Shown: positions 55,279 to 64,000 of the stretch, in pieces
Position numbering within the stretch: the first letter of the stretch is position 1
Layout: every line of letters begins with the position of its first letter
Source of the DNA: Prochlorococcus sp. AG-679-M23
GTDB lineage: Bacteria > Cyanobacteriota > Cyanobacteriia > PCC-6307 > Cyanobiaceae
Direction: 5' to 3'
Assembly: GCA_003208875.1 (NCBI GenBank)
Contig: QCUR01000001.1
Coordinates: 128,001 to 192,000 of the forward strand
DNA length: 64,000 bases
Notes under the pieces: generated by a model
The model's input: only the letters and a program-made list of their open reading frames with translations
Databases searched by the model: none
Told to the model about the DNA's origin: nothing
Made by a program: the position numbers and the translations under genes

Positions 55279-57588
55279 TTAACTTATTCCTACCCTTGCA
55301 ATATCTAATACATCAGCCATTGATTTAATTTGATCAATAGTTTTGTGGAGTTGGCTATAACTTTCTAGACCAACACATAAATTAATTATTGCAGGTTTAC
55401 CAAAAGCGGTCTTTACATTTGCATCACTAACATTTATTCCTTTATCAGATAATCTCATAAGTATATCTTTTAGGACCCCTACTCTATCTATAACCTCTAT
55501 TCTTAATTGAATTGGGAACTTATTGTCAAGAACTTTATTCTCTTGGTTCCATGCAACAGGTAATCTTCTCTCTATTGGTATTGGGAGAACGTTCTCACAA
55601 TCTCTTCTATGAATAGTGATTCCATGATTACCTAGAGAGACAGTTCCAATTATTTCCTCCCCAGGAAGTGGACTGCAGCATTTTCCTATTCTATAATCAA
55701 GGCCTTCTACTCCAGTGATTGGTGATTTATTAGTTGCATGAGATTTGGATGCTATTGAATTATTTTTATTTATAAGAGATTCTGCTAATTCAGTATTAGA
55801 TTCATTTTTAATTTCTTCTGTTTGTATTTTAATTTCTTCTCTTAATCTATTCAATACTTGATGTAAAGTTAAACCCCCAAATCCTAATGATGCTAGTAGA
55901 TCTTCCGTAGTCTTTAAATTACATCGATGTGCAACTTTTTTCATGGCATCACTTGAAATTAATGATTCAAATCCATTGCGACCTATTTCTTTTTCAAGCA
56001 GATCTTTTCCTCTTTTAATAGTTTCATCTCTATGGCTTTTTTTATACCACTGCCGAATTCTATTTTTTGCGGTTGGAGTAACTACAAAATTCAACCAATC
56101 TAAACTTGGAGTTGAATTATTATTAGTCAAGATTTCGATAAAGTCCCCATTTTGCAATGATGTAGATAGAGGAGATAATTTTTCATTTATTCTTATCCCA
56201 TTACAATGGTTGCCTATTTCTGAATGTATTCTGTAAGCAAAATCGATTGCAGTAGATCCCTTCCTTAAGCCAACAACATCTCCTTTTGGTGTGATCACAA
56301 ATACTTCTTCATCGAATAAATCTTCTTTTATAGATGCTAGATAATCATTATGATCTTTCTCAGTACCTTCTTGTTGCCAATCTACTAATTGTCTAAGCCA
56401 ATTAAATCTTTCTGCATTACTTGATGCAGGTGAACCACCTTCTTTATATTGCCAATGTGCAGCTATTCCGAATTCTGCAACTTGATGCATTGAACTCGTT
56501 CTTATTTGAACCTCAATAGGCCTATGTCTGCCGATCACAGAGGTATGCAAGGACTGGTATCCATTTGGTTTTGGTAAACCTATATAATCTTTAAATCTTC
56601 CAGGAATTGGCCTAAAAGTATCATGAACGACTGCTAAAGCTTTATAACAGCTATCTGAATTGCTAACAATAATTCTTAGAGCAGCAACGTCATAAATCTC
56701 GCTAAATTGTTTTTGTTGTCTTTCCATTTTGCTCCAAATACCATAGAGATGTTTTGGTCTTCCCGTAATTTCAAAATTTCCTAAACCTGAAGAGACTAAG
56801 TTTTCCTTCATCAAATTTAAGGTAACGTTTAACCTTTTTTCTCTATCACTTCTTTTTACGGCAATTTGATCTTTTAAATTTTTATATTCCTCTGGTTCAA
56901 GAAATTTAAATGCTAGATCTTCTAATTCCCATTTAAATCTATTTATTCCTAACCTATTTGCTAAAGGGGCATATATTTCTCTTGTTTCTCTTGCAATTCT
57001 CTCTTTTCTCTCTTCATTAAGCCATTGAATTGTTCTCATATTATGTAGTCGATCTGCAAGTTTAACTAAAACAACTCTTATGTCGCTTGCCATAGCTAAG
57101 AACATTTTTCTAAGATTTTCAGCCTGTGCTTCAGTTCTATTATTAAAGTGAATACCTCCTAATTTAGTTACACCTTCTACAAGTACTTTTACCTCTAAGC
57201 CAAAATTAACTTCTATCTCTGATAGAGCAATTCCGGTGTCTTCAACAACATCATGTAATAGTCCGGCAGCTACAACTGATGAACTTGCACCTATTTCTTT
57301 AAGCAGATCTGCAACAGCTATGGGATGAATTATATATGGCTCTCCACTTGCCCGAAGTTGTCCTTTATGAGCTTCATAAGCAAGTTTGAAAGCTTTTACT
57401 ATAAGATCATGATTAGAATTATTTTTTTTATTTGATACTTCATAGTTTTGAATAATCTCAAGAAGCCAATTAGGAATATTTATCTCATACTTCAAAGATT
57501 CACTTTCATAATTTTTATTTTCAGGCAAAATGATTGTTGAAACTTTAATTTCATTTTTTTCTTTTGAATTCGCAGTCGCCTCAGTCAT
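55279..57588 (-). CDS. spoT: bifunctional (p)ppGpp synthetase/hydrolase
   Basis: HD domain (HDVVED), KLADRLHNMRT, RFKDYI..PKPNGYQSLHT, TGS, CC and ACT domains. Confidence 0.96.
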   Translation of the reverse strand: MTEATANSKEKNEIKVSTIILPENKNYESESLKYEINIPNWLLEIIQNYEVSNKKNNSNHDLIVKAFKLAYEAHKGQLRASGEPYIIHPIAVADLLKEIGASSSVVAAGLLHDVVEDTGIALSEIEVNFGLEVKVLVEGVTKLGGIHFNNRTEAQAENLRKMFLAMASDIRVVLVKLADRLHNMRTIQWLNEERKERIARETREIYAPLANRLGINRFKWELEDLAFKFLEPEEYKNLKDQIAVKRSDREKRLNVTLNLMKENLVSSGLGNFEITGRPKHLYGIWSKMERQQKQFSEIYDVAALRIIVSNSDSCYKALAVVHDTFRPIPGRFKDYIGLPKPNGYQSLHTSVIGRHRPIEVQIRTSSMHQVAEFGIAAHWQYKEGGSPASSNAERFNWLRQLVDWQQEGTEKDHNDYLASIKEDLFDEEVFVITPKGDVVGLRKGSTAIDFAYRIHSEIGNHCNGIRINEKLSPLSTSLQNGDFIEILTNNNSTPSLDWLNFVVTPTAKNRIRQWYKKSHRDETIKRGKDLLEKEIGRNGFESLISSDAMKKVAHRCNLKTTEDLLASLGFGGLTLHQVLNRLREEIKIQTEEIKNESNTELAESLINKNNSIASKSHATNKSPITGVEGLDYRIGKCCSPLPGEEIIGTVSLGNHGITIHRRDCENVLPIPIERRLPVAWNQENKVLDNKFPIQLRIEVIDRVGVLKDILMRLSDKGINVSDANVKTAFGKPAIINLCVGLESYSQLHKTIDQIKSMADVLDIARVGIS

Positions 57589-57643
57589 ATAATATTCCTT
57601 TAAATTTATTTTATTTAGGACTAGAGAAATTTGCTACAAAATT

Positions 57644-59239
57644 ATGAAAATAAATAAAAGCAAAATTTTTGAAATAAGGAATCTAAATGTCAAATATGGT
57701 CCTTATCAGAAATCTACCATAAAAAATTTTAAATTAGATCTATTTAAAGGAGATCACTTAGCAATAATAGGTCCTTCTGGATGTGGTAAAACAACATTTG
57801 CAAAAACAATTGTAAATATGCTTCCTGAAGCTTCAATTACTCAAGGATTTATAAAAATATCTGGAGAAGATCTAACTAAAATTGATAAAAAACAAATTCA
57901 ATTATTTAGAAGAAATAATTTTGGATTTATTTATCAAGATTCCATAAAAAAACTTAATCCTTTAATGACAGTTGGAGATCATTTAAAAGAATTGTTAAAA
58001 ACACATTTTCAAAACTATCCCCCTTTAATTATTAAAGATTTAGTTGAAGAAAATTTTAGAAAAGTAGGAATAGATATTGAAAGATTGGATTCATTTCCTC
58101 ATCAATTTAGTGGGGGAATGAGACAAAGAGTTTCAATTGCAATGGCTTTAGCTTTGAAACCTAAAATATTAATTGCAGATGAACCTTCAACCAGTCTGGA
58201 CTCTAAGACTAGTTTTGAAGTAATGGATCAAATTCTTTGTTTATGTGAGGAATCTGGAACCACTTTGATTTTGATTAGTCATGACATTAATCTTGCAGCA
58301 AAGTGGTGTAAAAAAGTCGTGATAATGGATCAAGGATCAATTCAGGAGCAAGGAAATATAAAGGAAGTTTTTAAATCGCCTAAATCAAAAATTGGAGAGA
58401 AATTGGTAAATGCAGCAAATATATCTTTGAAGCCAAGAAAAATAATTACCTCTATAAATGATGTTGTTTTAGAGGTTAATAATTTAAGACATTGGTATAA
58501 ATTAAATTCTTCAATTTTCCGGCCCAAATGGAATAAGGCTTTAAAAGAAGTCAGTTTTAAATTGTATCGAAATGAAGTCCTTGGAATTGTTGGATCTTCT
58601 GGGTGTGGAAAAAGTACTTTATGTAGATCTTTAATAGGACTCTTGAAGGTTAGAGGAGGTGAAATAAAAGTTTATGAAAGAAATTCAGAATTACATAAAA
58701 AAAAGTCTAATAATCTTAAAAATATACAAATAATTTTCCAAGATCCTTTTTCAAGTTTGAATCCAAAAATGAAAATCAAAAATATTTTGAAGGATATATT
58801 TTTAATTCAAAAAATATCTAATAATTATCAAATTAAAAATGAGATTAAACTAATTTTAAAAAATTTAAATCTACCTTCAGATCCTGAATTCTTAAACTCC
58901 TACCCCAATCAATTGTCTGGTGGTCAATTACAAAGAATTTCAATTGCAAGATCATTATTATTGAAACCAAAAATCCTCATCTGCGATGAAAGTGTAAATA
59001 TGTTAGATGCTTATGTAAAAGTTGAGATACTTGATTTACTTAGAAAGATACAAGAAAAAATGGATTTTAGTATAATTTTTATTACTCATGATTTAGGAAT
59101 TGCAAAGAAATTTTGTAATAGATTATTAGTTATGAATTATGGACAGATTATTGAAGAAGGCGATTCAGCTACAGTTTTTTCTAGTCCTAAGAATAATGTT
59201 ACAAAAGCTTTAGTAAATAGCTCCCTAAACCTTAATTGA
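57644..59239 (+). CDS. ABC transporter ATP-binding protein with two NBDs (Dpp/Opp D-F fusion type)
   Basis: GPSGCGKT/FSGGMRQR/ADEP and GSSGCGKS/LSGGQLQR/CDES. Confidence 0.92.
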   Translation: MKINKSKIFEIRNLNVKYGPYQKSTIKNFKLDLFKGDHLAIIGPSGCGKTTFAKTIVNMLPEASITQGFIKISGEDLTKIDKKQIQLFRRNNFGFIYQDSIKKLNPLMTVGDHLKELLKTHFQNYPPLIIKDLVEENFRKVGIDIERLDSFPHQFSGGMRQRVSIAMALALKPKILIADEPSTSLDSKTSFEVMDQILCLCEESGTTLILISHDINLAAKWCKKVVIMDQGSIQEQGNIKEVFKSPKSKIGEKLVNAANISLKPRKIITSINDVVLEVNNLRHWYKLNSSIFRPKWNKALKEVSFKLYRNEVLGIVGSSGCGKSTLCRSLIGLLKVRGGEIKVYERNSELHKKKSNNLKNIQIIFQDPFSSLNPKMKIKNILKDIFLIQKISNNYQIKNEIKLILKNLNLPSDPEFLNSYPNQLSGGQLQRISIARSLLLKPKILICDESVNMLDAYVKVEILDLLRKIQEKMDFSIIFITHDLGIAKKFCNRLLVMNYGQIIEEGDSATVFSSPKNNVTKALVNSSLNLN

Positions 59240-60193
59240 TTTTTTTAAGACTCTCAATAATTTCTGAAATTCTTGGGGTAATTCTGCTTCAAATTTCATT
59301 TCTTCCCCATTTATAGGATGAAAAAGTCCTAGCTCTACAGCATGTAAAGCCTGACCATCTAATTTGCAAGGAAGCTTTTTACATCTTCCATATAAAGGAT
59401 CGCCTAGAATGGGATGATTGATATGTGCACAATGAACTCTTATCTGATGAGTTCTTCCAGTATCTAGTTTGAAGCTCATTAATGAATAATTACCTAATCT
59501 TTCTAATAATTTCCAATAAGTACATGCATATCTCCCGGAATTTTCATCAACTACCGCATACTTCAATCTATTTAGTTTATCTCTACCTATATGCCCAACA
59601 ATTTTACCTTTTGAAGTATTTGGGACTCCATGAATTACCGCAATATAGTTTCTTGAAGCGATTTTTTCTTTTATTTGTATTTGAAGGTTGACAAGTGATT
59701 CTTGGCTTTTTGCTACAACCATACAGCCAGAGGTGTCCTTATCTAATCTATGAACTATCCCAGGTCTTAACTTGCCATTTATTCCTGGTAAATCTTTGCA
59801 GTGAAAGAGTAGTCCATTGACTAAGGTGCCTGATTTATGTCCTGGAGCTGGATGGACTATGAGTCCTGATTGTTTATTAATTACAATAATGTGTTCATCT
59901 TCAAAAAGGATATTTAAGTTCATCTTTTCTGGCTTTAAATATATGAGAGGTTCTGGAGGAGGCATCCAAATTTGTATATTATCTCCTGTTTTTAGTGGGG
60001 TTTTAGCTTTTGCAGTTTTGTAGTTAACAAGAACTAATCCCGCATTTATAAAATGTTGTATTCTTGCTCTACTCTGTTCAGGCCTCTTGCTTACTAGCCA
60101 CCTATCGAGTCGCATAGGAAGGGACATTTCATAAGTAATTTCTATTAATTCACCTTCTCCTACTCCAAAAGAGTTTTTATTACTTGAGATCAT
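59225..60193 (-). CDS. rluD: RluA-family pseudouridine synthase with S4 domain
   Basis: RLDRWL S4 domain, HRLDKDTSG, TGRTHQIRVH, QALHA. Confidence 0.9.
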   Translation of the reverse strand: MISSNKNSFGVGEGELIEITYEMSLPMRLDRWLVSKRPEQSRARIQHFINAGLVLVNYKTAKAKTPLKTGDNIQIWMPPPEPLIYLKPEKMNLNILFEDEHIIVINKQSGLIVHPAPGHKSGTLVNGLLFHCKDLPGINGKLRPGIVHRLDKDTSGCMVVAKSQESLVNLQIQIKEKIASRNYIAVIHGVPNTSKGKIVGHIGRDKLNRLKYAVVDENSGRYACTYWKLLERLGNYSLMSFKLDTGRTHQIRVHCAHINHPILGDPLYGRCKKLPCKLDGQALHAVELGLFHPINGEEMKFEAELPQEFQKLLRVLKKSIKV

Positions 60194-61056
60194 ATTGGCA
60201 CTTCCAAAGCAATCTTTCCTAGCATTTGATTGCGATAATCTTCTAATAATTTGTGAGCCATTCTTCTTTTATCACCTGAGGTATGTTTCAAGGCTACAAG
60301 ATCAATCCATTCATGAGGGCTATCAAAGTTCTTTAATATATCAACTCCATATCTATCAGATATCTTTGAAAGTGAAATATTCGCATTTTTATCTTCTTTT
60401 AATTTGAAAATTATTTTTACAAATTCAATAGCAACACTTTCTATTTCATATGCAGCCTCTCCTATATCATCACAAAGTGCAAGATTCAGAGCCGATTTTT
60501 GATTCTCTAAATTAGGGGGTATAACACCGGGGGCATCAAGCAAATCTATCCCACTGTCTAATCTGATCCATCTAAGATTACGTGTTACGCCCGCTTTCCT
60601 AGCGCTTTCAACAACTTTTTTATTGGCGATTCTATTTATTAATGCAGATTTTCCTACATTAGGAAAACCGAGGGTAAGTGCTCTGATCGGCCTAACCTTC
60701 ATTCCTCTAGATAACCTTCTATTATCAATTGATAATCGGGATTCCTTAGCAGATTTACAAATTTCTTTAATTCCTTTACCATTTTTTGCATCACACCAAA
60801 GAGGATATATATTATCTTTTTTAAACCACTTGTTCCAATTAGTTATAGTTTCTGTAGTTATCATATCCGCACGATTTATTACAAGGATATGTTTTTTGTT
60901 TCTAATCCATTGATTAAGATGAGGATGACCTGTTGATAAAGGGATTCTTGCATCTCTAACTTCTATAACTAAGTCTACTCTATTTATAACTTCAGTTAGC
61001 TTTTTTTCGGCTTTAGCAATATGGCCTGGGTACCATTGAATTTTGGGTATTTCCAA
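60190..61056 (-). CDS. rbgA: ribosome biogenesis GTPase RbgA/YlqF
   Basis: IQWYPGH, DARIP, GFPNVGKS, GVTR, LDAPG. Confidence 0.95.
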   Translation of the reverse strand: MEIPKIQWYPGHIAKAEKKLTEVINRVDLVIEVRDARIPLSTGHPHLNQWIRNKKHILVINRADMITTETITNWNKWFKKDNIYPLWCDAKNGKGIKEICKSAKESRLSIDNRRLSRGMKVRPIRALTLGFPNVGKSALINRIANKKVVESARKAGVTRNLRWIRLDSGIDLLDAPGVIPPNLENQKSALNLALCDDIGEAAYEIESVAIEFVKIIFKLKEDKNANISLSKISDRYGVDILKNFDSPHEWIDLVALKHTSGDKRRMAHKLLEDYRNQMLGKIALEVPI

Positions 61057-61281
61057 TTGATTAAATCCAACAAGTTGTACGAGTAAACCTTTTGATTCTT
61101 ATTAATTTCAAAAGTAATTACATTTAATATTAATGTAAATATTAAATATTTTTTATTTTTATAAATTTTATATTTATACCTAATTTTTAAAATTTATTAA
61201 GGCATAAGTAACACTTAGTACTTTTTAACCCAATAAGCTCAAATTAACGTTAGGGTTTCATGGTAAAAATAGGATGTTTTA

Positions 61282-62490
61282 ATGTCGAAGTTGTCTCTTT
61301 CCAGTCTTGATAAGTCTAAATTAGAAGGAAAAAAAGTTCTTGTAAGGGTTGATTTTAATGTCCCATTAAATGATAGTGGTCAGATTACTGATGATACTAG
61401 AATAAGAGCAGCAATTCCTACGATAAAATATCTTATAAATAATTCTGCAAAAGTTATATTAGCTGCTCATTTTGGAAGACCTAAAGGGAAAGTTAATGAG
61501 AAAATGAGATTAACCCCAGTTGCTGCCAGATTAAGCGATATATTGGAACAAAAAGTTAATCTAACTGAAAGCTGTATTGGTGAAGATGCTCTAGCTAAAT
61601 CTAATAGTTTAAATAACGGCGATGTTTTATTACTAGAAAATGTTCGATTTTATGAAGAAGAAGAAAAAAACGATTTAGATTTCGCTAAAAATTTAGCTTC
61701 TCATGCAGATATGTATGTTAACGATGCTTTTGGAGCTGCGCATAGAGCTCATGCTTCAACTCAAGGAGTTACACAATTTCTAGAGCCAGCTGTTGCAGGA
61801 TTTTTGTTAGAAAAAGAGTTGAAATATTTACAGGGCGCAATTGATGCTCCAAAACGTCCTCTTGCAGCAATAGTAGGAGGTTCTAAAGTAAGTAGCAAAA
61901 TTGGAGTTTTAGATTCTCTTTTAGATAAGTGTGACAAAATTATTATTGGGGGAGGCATGATTTTTACTTTTTACAAGGCCAGAGGATTAGATGTTGGGAA
62001 GAGTCTTGTTGAGGAAGATAAACTTGAACTAGCAAGAAATTTAGAGGCAAAAGCAAAAACTAAAGGGGTAGAGCTTCTATTACCATCTGATGTATTACTT
62101 GCAAATGAGTTTTCTCCTGATGCAGAAAGTAAAGTGTCTGAAATAGATTCAATAAGTGGTGATTGGATGGGTCTAGACATTGGGCCACAATCAATCAAGG
62201 TTTTTCAAAATGCTCTTGCTGAATGCAAAACAATTATTTGGAATGGCCCAATGGGTGTTTTTGAATTTGATAAATTTGCTGAAGGCACAAATGCAATAGC
62301 AACAACCCTTGCAGATTTAAGTTCTTTCTCTGAGGTTTGTACAATTATTGGAGGGGGAGATTCTGTCGCTGCAGTGGAAAAAGCTGGTTTGGCTGAAAAA
62401 ATGTCACATATATCTACTGGTGGAGGGGCTAGTCTAGAACTTTTAGAAGGTAAAACTTTACCTGGAGTAGCAGCTTTAAAAGACGCTTAA
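61282..62490 (+). CDS. pgk: phosphoglycerate kinase
   Basis: [40 protein letters not shown]. Confidence 0.98.
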   Translation: MSKLSLSSLDKSKLEGKKVLVRVDFNVPLNDSGQITDDTRIRAAIPTIKYLINNSAKVILAAHFGRPKGKVNEKMRLTPVAARLSDILEQKVNLTESCIGEDALAKSNSLNNGDVLLLENVRFYEEEEKNDLDFAKNLASHADMYVNDAFGAAHRAHASTQGVTQFLEPAVAGFLLEKELKYLQGAIDAPKRPLAAIVGGSKVSSKIGVLDSLLDKCDKIIIGGGMIFTFYKARGLDVGKSLVEEDKLELARNLEAKAKTKGVELLLPSDVLLANEFSPDAESKVSEIDSISGDWMGLDIGPQSIKVFQNALAECKTIIWNGPMGVFEFDKFAEGTNAIATTLADLSSFSEVCTIIGGGDSVAAVEKAGLAEKMSHISTGGGASLELLEGKTLPGVAALKDA

Positions 62491-62491
62491 A

Positions 62492-63223
62492 TTATATTTT
62501 TTCAACAATTTCAACGCTTTTAGTAAAAGAAATAGTTCCCTGTGGATGAGCGATAATACCTGACCATATTTGTCTAGCTGGTTTGGATGATGCTCTAGTC
62601 GTTTTAAAAATGCCTCCAGAGGCTAAAGGTTCAATATTGATTTCTTGTTTTAAATAAGAATCATCCTGATGCGATATTATTCCTCCAGCTATAATTACAT
62701 CACCAAGTGGTTCATTTAGAATAATATCAATATCATATTTTGTACCAGTAAGAACTTTCTCAGGAATTTTAAAAATAATATCTATTTTGTTTTGATCATT
62801 TCTAATAGTAGTTAATAAATTTTTTATATTTCCATTATTTATTTTGTCGTTTTGAATGGAAAACAGATACTTAAAATTAGATTCAAGAAAGTATATTTCC
62901 CCATTAACTATTTTATTTCCATTAACTTTGATATTAAATATTTTTTCTTTAGAGTTTTCTCCGCTTAATCTTTTAATTTGCCATGTCGAATTAGGGAAAT
63001 CTTTGATTATTTCCTTAAATTGTTCTTGAATTTTAAAGTTTTCATCTTCTTTAAAAATGTTTTTTATCAATTTTAGGTTTCGAGTATTTAATGCATTTTC
63101 AAGATTTTTTCTTATATCAACGTTTGTATTTTGGGCGATTGCTAATTTTGGGGAAATGAGATAAATAAATATATATATAAATAATCCTAATTTTGAAAAA
63201 AACTTTAAATTAAACATTTTCAT
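62492..63223 (-). CDS. conserved hypothetical exported protein
   Basis: Signal peptide ending AIA; IPEKVLTGTKYDID...PL...LASGGIFK conserved-looking C-terminal domain. Confidence 0.7.
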   Translation of the reverse strand: MKMFNLKFFSKLGLFIYIFIYLISPKLAIAQNTNVDIRKNLENALNTRNLKLIKNIFKEDENFKIQEQFKEIIKDFPNSTWQIKRLSGENSKEKIFNIKVNGNKIVNGEIYFLESNFKYLFSIQNDKINNGNIKNLLTTIRNDQNKIDIIFKIPEKVLTGTKYDIDIILNEPLGDVIIAGGIISHQDDSYLKQEINIEPLASGGIFKTTRASSKPARQIWSGIIAHPQGTISFTKSVEIVEKI

Positions 63224-63250
63224 AATTTTATCTTACTTATTAAATTTTTA

Positions 63251-64000
63251 ATGTCTAAAAAAAGAAATAATTTATTAATAGCGGCAAGTGGAACAGGAGG
63301 CCATATCTTTCCTGCTTTAGCAGTATCTAAAAAGGTTGAAAAAGATTGGGATATTCATTGGCTAGGAGTTACAAAAAGACTAGATTCTGAATTTGTACCT
63401 AGAAAATATAATCTTTTGACTTTGAATTTGGAGACACCAAAAAAAAATATTTTTAGAGTATTTCAATATCTAAAAATTTTATTTTCAATTTTTAATATTA
63501 TTAAAATCCTTAAAGAAAAAAAAATTAATTTAGTATTTACTACTGGTGGATATATTTCAGCTCCGACAATTCTCGCAGCAAAATTGCTAAAAATACCTGT
63601 TATCCTCCATGAATCAAATTTAATACCGGGCACGGTTACAAAATATTTTGGTTTTCTATGTGAATTTGTTCTTCTGGGTTTTAAAGATACAAATTTTTAT
63701 TTAAAAAATTGCAGAACAATTTTCACTGGAACTCCTCTTAGGGAGCAGTTTTATGAAACTAATCCTTTACCAAAATGGGTTCCTAGAGGAAAGGGTCCTC
63801 TTCTGATTGTTATGGGAGGAAGTCAAGGTGCAAAGAAGATTAATGAAATTTTCTATGAATCTATTGATTTTTTAATAAAACAAAATTTTCGTATAGTGCA
63901 TATTACTGGTGAAAATAATCCTAAAAATTTGGTAAAATCAAAATCTAACAATTATGTTCAAAAGAAATTTACTAATCAAATTGCATCTTTGATGCAAAAC
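63251..64000 (+). CDS. murG: MurG glycosyltransferase, 5' part only (runs off window end; not in ORF track)
   Basis: Manual translation: MSKKRNNLLIAASGTGGHIFPALA...TGGYISAP...LHESN...TGTPLR...MGGSQGA. Confidence 0.96.
   Translation, partial: MSKKRNNLLIAASGTGGHIFPALAVSKKVEKDWDIHWLGVTKRLDSEFVPRKYNLLTLNLETPKKNIFRVFQYLKILFSIFNIIKILKEKKINLVFTTGGYISAPTILAAKLLKIPVILHESNLIPGTVTKYFGFLCEFVLLGFKDTNFYLKNCRTIFTGTPLREQFYETNPLPKWVPRGKGPLLIVMGGSQGAKKINEIFYESIDFLIKQNFRIVHITGENNPKNLVKSKSNNYVQKKFTNQIASLMQN

Overview
AT-rich, extremely gene-dense chromosomal window from a marine picocyanobacterium, most consistent with a high-light Prochlorococcus (inferred from protein sequences, gene order, low GC and tiny intergenic gaps; strain not determinable here). 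It is almost all core genome: Cu ATPase, ycf3, radA, rpaB-plsX-fabH-fabD-plsC, carotenoid genes (crtB, pds, Z-ISO-like), eight NDH-1 subunit genes, scpA, cugP-like, metF, PedR-like regulator, nadK, gltA, trpB, cysC, purE, chlM, phylloquinone genes (menA/C/E/F, thioesterase), gshB/grxC, prfB with its +1 frameshift, hisC, argS, nadC, mnmE, spoT, rluD, rbgA, pgk, and partial tmk and murG at the edges. I found no tRNA/rRNA, CRISPR array, transposase, integrase, prophage or genomic island, and no clearly new multi-gene system. The best leads are small-scale: a ~126-aa low-complexity 7/4-repeat N-terminal extension on PlsX, an scpA whose conserved N-terminus has no ATG/GTG/TTG start, head-to-head overlap of ycf34 with a probable CC-adding enzyme, and a PedR-like Cys redox sensor overlapped by a small Cys-rich antisense ORF at the end of the ndhA-I-G-E-nadK-CYTH run.
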